Assembly: GCA_963802145.1 (NCBI GenBank)
Contig: CAWDHN010000012.1
Span: 291,567 to 355,566 of the forward strand
Source of the DNA: an uncultured Rikenellaceae bacterium
Lineage (GTDB): Bacteria; Bacteroidota; Bacteroidia; Bacteroidales; VadinHA17
Length of the DNA: 64,000 nt
Direction: 5' to 3'
Of this stretch, positions 59,405-64,000 are shown piece after piece. The position numbers and the translations under genes were made by a program. Below the pieces are notes generated by a model. It was not told the origin of the DNA. It saw only the letters and a program-made list of their open reading frames with translations, and ran no database searches. The first letter of the stretch is position 1; the number at the start of each line of letters is the position of its first letter.

Positions 59405-60490
59405 ATGGCAAATAATCTTATTCTTGAAAGGCTCCTGGGAGTGAAGAAGCGCTTTGTCGAAGTCGGCGAACAGCTGAACTCACCTGAAGTGATGTCTGAC
59501 ATGAAACGTTATATCAGGCTGAACAAGGAGTACAAGGAGCTTAAGCCCGTGGTGGAGTCTTATGAGAGATACAAGAGCGCTATTGACAACCTCGAGAGCG
59601 CAAGGGCGCTGCTGGCAACAGAGAAGGACGAGGAGATGCGCGATATGGCAAAGGCAGAGATAGATCAGCTTGTCAACGCCATCCCCGACATGGAGGAGGA
59701 GATCAGGTATCTGCTGCTGCCGGCCGACCCGGAGGACGACAAGAATGCAGTGATAGAAATACGTGCCGGCACCGGAGGCGATGAGGCCAGCATATTCGCC
59801 GGGGACCTCTTCAGAATGTATTCCAAGTACATTGAAGCGCGGGGTTGGAAGCTTGACCTGAACTATTTCACCGAAGGCACTGCAGGCGGTTACAAGGAGA
59901 TAGTCTTTGCCGTCCTGGGCGATGGCGTATACGGGATAATGAAATATGAATCGGGTGTGCACCGTGTTCAGAGGGTACCCCAGACCGAGACCCAGGGACG
60001 CATACACACCTCCGCCGCCACCGTGGCCGTGCTGCCCGAGGCAGGCGAGTTTGACATTGAGGTGCGCAGTGAGGATATCCGGAAGGATACTTACTGTTCT
60101 TCAGGACCGGGCGGACAGAGCGTAAACACCACCTATTCAGCAATAAGGCTGACACATGTACCAACAGGCATCGTTGTTACATGCCAGGATGAGAAGTCGC
60201 AGATCAAGAACCTCGAGAAGGCGATGAAGGAGCTGCGCACGCGTCTTTATAACCTCGAGTACCAGAAGTACCTCGATGAGATCTCGCAGAAGCGCAAGAC
60301 GATGGTCTCCACAGGCGACCGGTCGGCCAAGATAAGAACCTACAACTATCCCCAGGGAAGGGTGACCGACCACCGCGTAAACGTGACCATCTATAACCTG
60401 CCGGTGGTGCTCGACGGTAACATCCAGGAACTGCTCGACAAACTGCAGATGGCAGAGAATGCCGAGCGTCTGAAGGCAAGCGATTATTAA
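59405..60490 (+). CDS. prfA: Peptide chain release factor 1
   Basis: GGQ motif ([11 protein letters not shown]). RF1-type codon-recognition region ([23 protein letters not shown]). I prefer the ATG at 59405 ([10 protein letters not shown]) over the TTG at 59381. Confidence 0.95.
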   Translation: MANNLILERLLGVKKRFVEVGEQLNSPEVMSDMKRYIRLNKEYKELKPVVESYERYKSAIDNLESARALLATEKDEEMRDMAKAEIDQLVNAIPDMEEEIRYLLLPADPEDDKNAVIEIRAGTGGDEASIFAGDLFRMYSKYIEARGWKLDLNYFTEGTAGGYKEIVFAVLGDGVYGIMKYESGVHRVQRVPQTETQGRIHTSAATVAVLPEAGEFDIEVRSEDIRKDTYCSSGPGGQSVNTTYSAIRLTHVPTGIVVTCQDEKSQIKNLEKAMKELRTRLYNLEYQKYLDEISQKRKTMVSTGDRSAKIRTYNYPQGRVTDHRVNVTIYNLPVVLDGNIQELLDKLQMAENAERLKASDY

Positions 60491-60500
60491 TAACCCCCTT

Positions 60501-61328
60501 ATGCTCTCAAAAGAAATCTTTCAGCACATACTGGAAAAAAAGTCCTTCCTCTGTGTGGGGCTTGATCCTGAAATATCCAGACTGCCTGCTTGCATTGCCG
60601 GTGCAGATGATCCCATATTTGAGTTCAACAGGCGGATAATCGATGCCACTCATAAATATACCGTGGCATACAAACCCAACTTTGCCTTTTATGAGTCTTA
60701 TGGTCCCAGGGGGATGGCGGCACTTGACAAGACTGCGAGATATATTAACAAGCTGGATACCAATATATTCATCATCGCTGACGCAAAGCGTGGCGACATT
60801 GGCAACACGTCGAAGATGTATGCCAGGGCAGTTTTCGGCGAGATGCCGTTTGATGCCGTCACTGTAGCTCCTTATATGGGAGAGGATTCAATAACGCCAT
60901 TCCTTTCGTACCCCGGAAAATGGGCGGTAATCCTGGCCCTCACCTCCAACAGGGGCGCCGATGACTTTCAGTACCACACCGACAAGGGTCAGAGGCTGTT
61001 TGAGAGGGTGCTTACAATAACCCAGAGATGGGGAACCCCGGACAATATGATGTATGTTGTCGGAGCCACCCGTGCGGAGATGCTCGCCGATATCCGCAAG
61101 ATAGTTCCGGATCACTTCCTCCTGGTGCCGGGAGTTGGCGCGCAGGGCGGCAGCCTGGAGGAGGTAGCCCGTTACGGCATGAACAAAACCTGCGGATTGC
61201 TTGTGAATTCCTCACGCGGGATCATCTACGCTGACAGTACCGAACGGTTTGCGGAAGTCGCCGGGCAGAAGGCCCGCGAGATGCAGGAGGAGATGGCGGT
61301 CTACCTGGCAGAGAGGTTCAAAATCTGA
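60501..61328 (+). CDS. pyrF: Orotidine-5'-phosphate decarboxylase (type 2, long form)
   Basis: 275 aa. [52 protein letters not shown]. Confidence 0.9.
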   Translation: MLSKEIFQHILEKKSFLCVGLDPEISRLPACIAGADDPIFEFNRRIIDATHKYTVAYKPNFAFYESYGPRGMAALDKTARYINKLDTNIFIIADAKRGDIGNTSKMYARAVFGEMPFDAVTVAPYMGEDSITPFLSYPGKWAVILALTSNRGADDFQYHTDKGQRLFERVLTITQRWGTPDNMMYVVGATRAEMLADIRKIVPDHFLLVPGVGAQGGSLEEVARYGMNKTCGLLVNSSRGIIYADSTERFAEVAGQKAREMQEEMAVYLAERFKI

Positions 61329-61338
61329 AGGTCTATAA

Positions 61339-61481
61339 AGTCCTCAGTCTTCAGTCTTCAGTCTTCAGTCTTCAGTCCACAGTCTTCAGTCCTCAGTCTT
61401 CAGTCTCAGTTAATCAATTAGTTACGACTGCCGACTGCCGACTGCCGACTGGTTTTGACTGCCGGCTGCTGACTGCCGACT
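61339..61481. repeat. Heptad-periodic interrupted hairpin element, copy 2 (longer)
   Basis: Left arm 61339-61409 has about 10 heptads of AGTCYTC. The loop is about 61410-61424 (ttaatcaattagtta). Right arm 61425-61481 has about 8 heptads of CGACTGC-like sequence. The architecture and the loop-flanking sequence (..cagtc..aatca..gttacgactg..) match copy 1. The right arm and loop overlap the last 20 codons, including the stop codon, of the minus-strand MFS ORF. Confidence 0.85.
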
Positions 61482-62723
61482 AACCTCCACCGCCACCATC
61501 CTTCTTATCGGAGGAATCAGAAGAAATGCAGCGATGCCCAGTGAGGCAATACCGCTGCCCGAGATGATGAAGGCGTTTCCTATCCCTATCGTGTCAGCAA
61601 TATACCCTGTTGCCAGAAGTCCGATCATGGAGGGGAGCAGAGTCACGCTCGAATAAAGGGAGAATACCCTTCCCAGAGCTGCCGGTTCAACCATTGTCTG
61701 CAACACAACCGTGAATGAACCTGAATAGAGCGTCATCGTGATACCCCCTATGGCAGTGATTCCCGCGAAAATGGCGAAACCTGACGGAGGCAGCAGTCCG
61801 GAAAAGATAAAAGTGAGGCCCAGGATCAGGTAGGTCATATTGATGAGAACAACCTTGTAGTTATTAAGACGTCGGTGACCGATTATCGCACCTCCGATGA
61901 GCATTCCTATTCCCCAGGCTATCTCGACAATGCTCATCATGTATGTTGTGCCGCTGAAGTGGTCAAGTGTCATCAGCGGGAAGAGCGCTGCAACAGGCAT
62001 TATAAAGAACATGGCTGAAAGGGCCAGGATGAAGAGCCACAGCAATCCCGGCTTGCTGTATATCTCCCTCAGTCCCTCCATCAGTTCCCTGACAAGATGC
62101 GGTTTGGCAGATTCGGCTCTCTCCGGGTCGGGGATGTGAACCATAAGCAGTGTTGTAACCGCAATAAGTGCCCCGGCGACGTCAATCAGCAGGATCCACT
62201 GGAGCTCGAAGAGGCTTATCAGCAAGGCAGCCAGGGCAGGGCTGGCTATAGTGCTGACCGACTGTATCATGTTGTTGATCCCTGCTATCCGCATCAGCTT
62301 GTCCTGCGGAGCAAGCAGGGGCACCGAAGCCTGCATGGCGGGGACATGGAATGCCATCCCGGCAGAGCGCATCATCAGAAGAAGGTAAACATAGAAGATC
62401 TTCGGTTCTGTAATCCAGAAAAGCGAGGCAAGCACCAGGGTGCACAGTGCAATGAAGAGATCTGCGAATATCATTGTCCGCTTGCGGTTCCAGCGGTCGA
62501 CAAACACACCGGTGAATAGTCCCAGCACCATCTGCGGCAGGAGGGATGCTATGGTGGCATAGGCCAGTACCTCAGCCGACCTGGTCTCAACGCTCAGCCA
62601 GAATATGACGGCATAAGCCACCACATAGCTGCTCAGTGTCGAGAACAGCTGACCGGTGAAGATTATTGCAAATACCTTTTTCCAGTCAGACATGCTGCTT
62701 TTCAATTTATATCGCACTGTCAA
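61422..62723 (-). CDS. MFS transporter (efflux-type, 12 TM)
   Basis: 433 aa and highly hydrophobic. MFS loop motif (GVFVDRWNRKRTM). The C-terminal tail VSRQSAAGSQNQSAVGSRQS is encoded by the heptad repeat. Confidence 0.78.
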   Translation of the reverse strand: MTVRYKLKSSMSDWKKVFAIIFTGQLFSTLSSYVVAYAVIFWLSVETRSAEVLAYATIASLLPQMVLGLFTGVFVDRWNRKRTMIFADLFIALCTLVLASLFWITEPKIFYVYLLLMMRSAGMAFHVPAMQASVPLLAPQDKLMRIAGINNMIQSVSTIASPALAALLISLFELQWILLIDVAGALIAVTTLLMVHIPDPERAESAKPHLVRELMEGLREIYSKPGLLWLFILALSAMFFIMPVAALFPLMTLDHFSGTTYMMSIVEIAWGIGMLIGGAIIGHRRLNNYKVVLINMTYLILGLTFIFSGLLPPSGFAIFAGITAIGGITMTLYSGSFTVVLQTMVEPAALGRVFSLYSSVTLLPSMIGLLATGYIADTIGIGNAFIISGSGIASLGIAAFLLIPPIRRMVAVEVSRQSAAGSQNQSAVGSRQS

Positions 62724-62851
62724 TGCAAATAAGAGAACACAAATATAGTCTCTTTTGTTCCCGGCAGGTCAGGCTGCGCTGCAAAGCAGCAATATCAAAT
62801 CCGTCGTTCCGGCCTCCGGATTTCGCATTTTTTTTCGATAATTCGGGGTAA

Positions 62852-63889
62852 TTAACGGGAAATGACTGACTGAAGTGATCTGATCTCCAGTTCATCAAGC
62901 AACCTGTATATATAATAATAGCCATCACCCCCCCTGTAACAATTTTCCATCTTGTTCTTTACTGTTGCGTCATCAGGGGTTTCAAAAACCATTATCTGAA
63001 TAGCTGAGCGAGGCAGGTTCATGTTCCAGTATTCGGGAGAAGACCGCATTACAGGAGTTCCGTTTTTAACCGGAACAATTCTGTAAACACTCTCAGGATT
63101 ACCGAAATAGGCATAACTATCCTTCTCCTCTTCCGTAAAGCCGGACAATTCTTTGTTCAGCATGGGTACAAATACATCTGACTGACTCTTATCGGGCACA
63201 CATTTCCAGTAATTGATCAGAAGCCGGTATGCTTCACGGATGGTCACCTGTTCCCAGTAGGGAGGCCGGTCAGGGTTATATATGACATAAGTGTCACCGT
63301 AACGGTCTATGCCCGGTGTGATAGTCTCCCTGATACCCGGCTGGTAAAAGAGCTCATTCACCTCAACGACAGCACTTCTCATCGCCTCTTCGCTGAAGTC
63401 CTGATTTGTCGGATTATATGCATTGCTGAAATCAGACTCATTGAACCCGTTGTCGCGGTACTTGTCAGTCATGTTAATCTCCATCCTCCATTGCGGAGGT
63501 TCAATAATCCATTGCGCCTCCTTCCCCTTGTAAAGGCTCCATGTGCGAAGGTAAAAGGTGAGTGTCGAAGGCACTCCGAATCCATATTTCGAGCTGTAAC
63601 GGCCCGCACCGAGGTCGCAATCTGCATCAAAGCCTTTTATCTCCTTCAGTACCGGGCACTGCCGGAAAATATGCACAAGCTCTTCAAGCTCATTCATTGC
63701 TGCCTCCGCCTCAGAAGCACTGAAATTGCTCTCCTTCCCGTAAAGATCCATTGACAGCCCATTGAGAATCCCCTGCCTGATCCTGAATGTCCCGGGCTTT
63801 TCAGTGAGAAGAACTTTGTCCTGGGCCCTGACAGGCTGAATAAGAACAACCAGCAGGATGACAAAAACGGTTCGGCTGATACTGCTCAT
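62852..63889 (-). CDS. Secreted hypothetical protein
   Basis: 345 aa with a Sec signal peptide (VFVILLVVLIQPVRAQ). I recognise no family. The start ATG overlaps the stop of an upstream partial ORF (ATGA). Confidence 0.45.
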   Translation of the reverse strand: MSSISRTVFVILLVVLIQPVRAQDKVLLTEKPGTFRIRQGILNGLSMDLYGKESNFSASEAEAAMNELEELVHIFRQCPVLKEIKGFDADCDLGAGRYSSKYGFGVPSTLTFYLRTWSLYKGKEAQWIIEPPQWRMEINMTDKYRDNGFNESDFSNAYNPTNQDFSEEAMRSAVVEVNELFYQPGIRETITPGIDRYGDTYVIYNPDRPPYWEQVTIREAYRLLINYWKCVPDKSQSDVFVPMLNKELSGFTEEEKDSYAYFGNPESVYRIVPVKNGTPVMRSSPEYWNMNLPRSAIQIMVFETPDDATVKNKMENCYRGGDGYYYIYRLLDELEIRSLQSVISR

Positions 63890-64000
63890 TTCCCAATCTC
63901 ATTTGCAAGGTTGCGTATATCTGTCATCCCGAAGGCCAATTCAAACCGCCGGTTGTCGCAACCGCTTCCGCTCCCTTTCTTCCAGTAATCCCTGCATTCT
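63886..64000 (-). CDS. C-terminal fragment of an unidentified ORF entering from the right edge
   Basis: Hand translation of the minus strand gives ..ECRDYWKKGSGSGCDNRRFELAFGMTDIRNLANEIGK-stop with no internal stop. The TGA at 63886-63888 overlaps the ATG of the next gene (ATGA). The fragment is too short to identify. Confidence 0.3.
   Translation of the reverse strand, partial: ECRDYWKKGSGSGCDNRRFELAFGMTDIRNLANEIGK

Noticed and set aside
59199-61481. The tandem repeats as a CRISPR array or minisatellite coding repeat
   Set aside because: The period is 7 nt with no spacers, and the two arms are mutually complementary. No cas genes are present. The 142-aa ORF 58929-59357 that reads through copy 1 (..SVFSLQSSV..) is antisense or out-of-frame filler with no start context.
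1-64000. A GC-content step near 28.6 kb suggesting the left part is a horizontally acquired island
   Set aside because: I hand-counted GC in twelve single 60-nt lines. The eight left of 28.6 kb ranged from 33% to 58%. The four right of it ranged from 43% to 60%. The two ranges overlap too much to support a step without a proper sliding-window GC and codon-usage computation.
1-64000. Mobile elements, prophage, defence systems, tRNA/rRNA genes
   Set aside because: I recognised no transposase, integrase, recombinase, restriction-modification, toxin-antitoxin or Cas-like protein in any listed ORF. No cloverleaf-like or rRNA-like segment stood out in the intergenic regions.

Overview
This 64-kb window looks like a Bacteroidota-type chromosome. 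It has a SusC/SusD pair, a type III glutamine synthetase, a Bacteroides-type PurM and many lipoprotein-type exported proteins. I recognised no rRNA, tRNA, CRISPR array, transposase or integrase.

Layout:
(i) 1-8059, minus strand: SusC, SusD and a large FG-GAP/ASPIC (CRTAC1-family) lipoprotein. That lipoprotein runs off the left edge and is missing from the ORF track.
(ii) 8516-10589: an OmpR-type response regulator and a histidine kinase.
(iii) 10740-28630: a tightly packed 12-gene plus-strand cluster. Its exported proteins are three more CRTAC1/ASPIC paralogues, a propeller lipoprotein with a C-terminal CXXCH, a three-CXXCH propeller-cytochrome c peroxidase fusion, a Reg_prop propeller and two orphan LivK-type binding proteins. 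Its cytoplasmic enzymes are a type I-beta DAHP synthase, a YjgF/RidA-fold protein, an asparagine-synthetase-like PP-loop enzyme without the Cys nucleophile, and a radical SAM enzyme. This is my best candidate for an undescribed system.
(iv) 28643-46684: a glucuronoxylan/xylose locus with GH115, GH30, GH3, GH10, a GPH symporter, LacI, GH67, a URO-D-family protein, xylB and xylA. It ends in an unusual MetV-MetF fusion (methylene-THF reductase).
(v) 46877-64000: mostly housekeeping genes, namely PpiD, an NAD-type formate dehydrogenase whose alpha subunit is frameshifted, glnN, an OmpA-family protein, purM, prfA, pyrF, an MFS transporter and a secreted hypothetical protein.

Two copies of a heptad-periodic hairpin repeat lie downstream of purM and pyrF.

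All family calls rest on motifs read by eye from the translations. No searches or computations were run.
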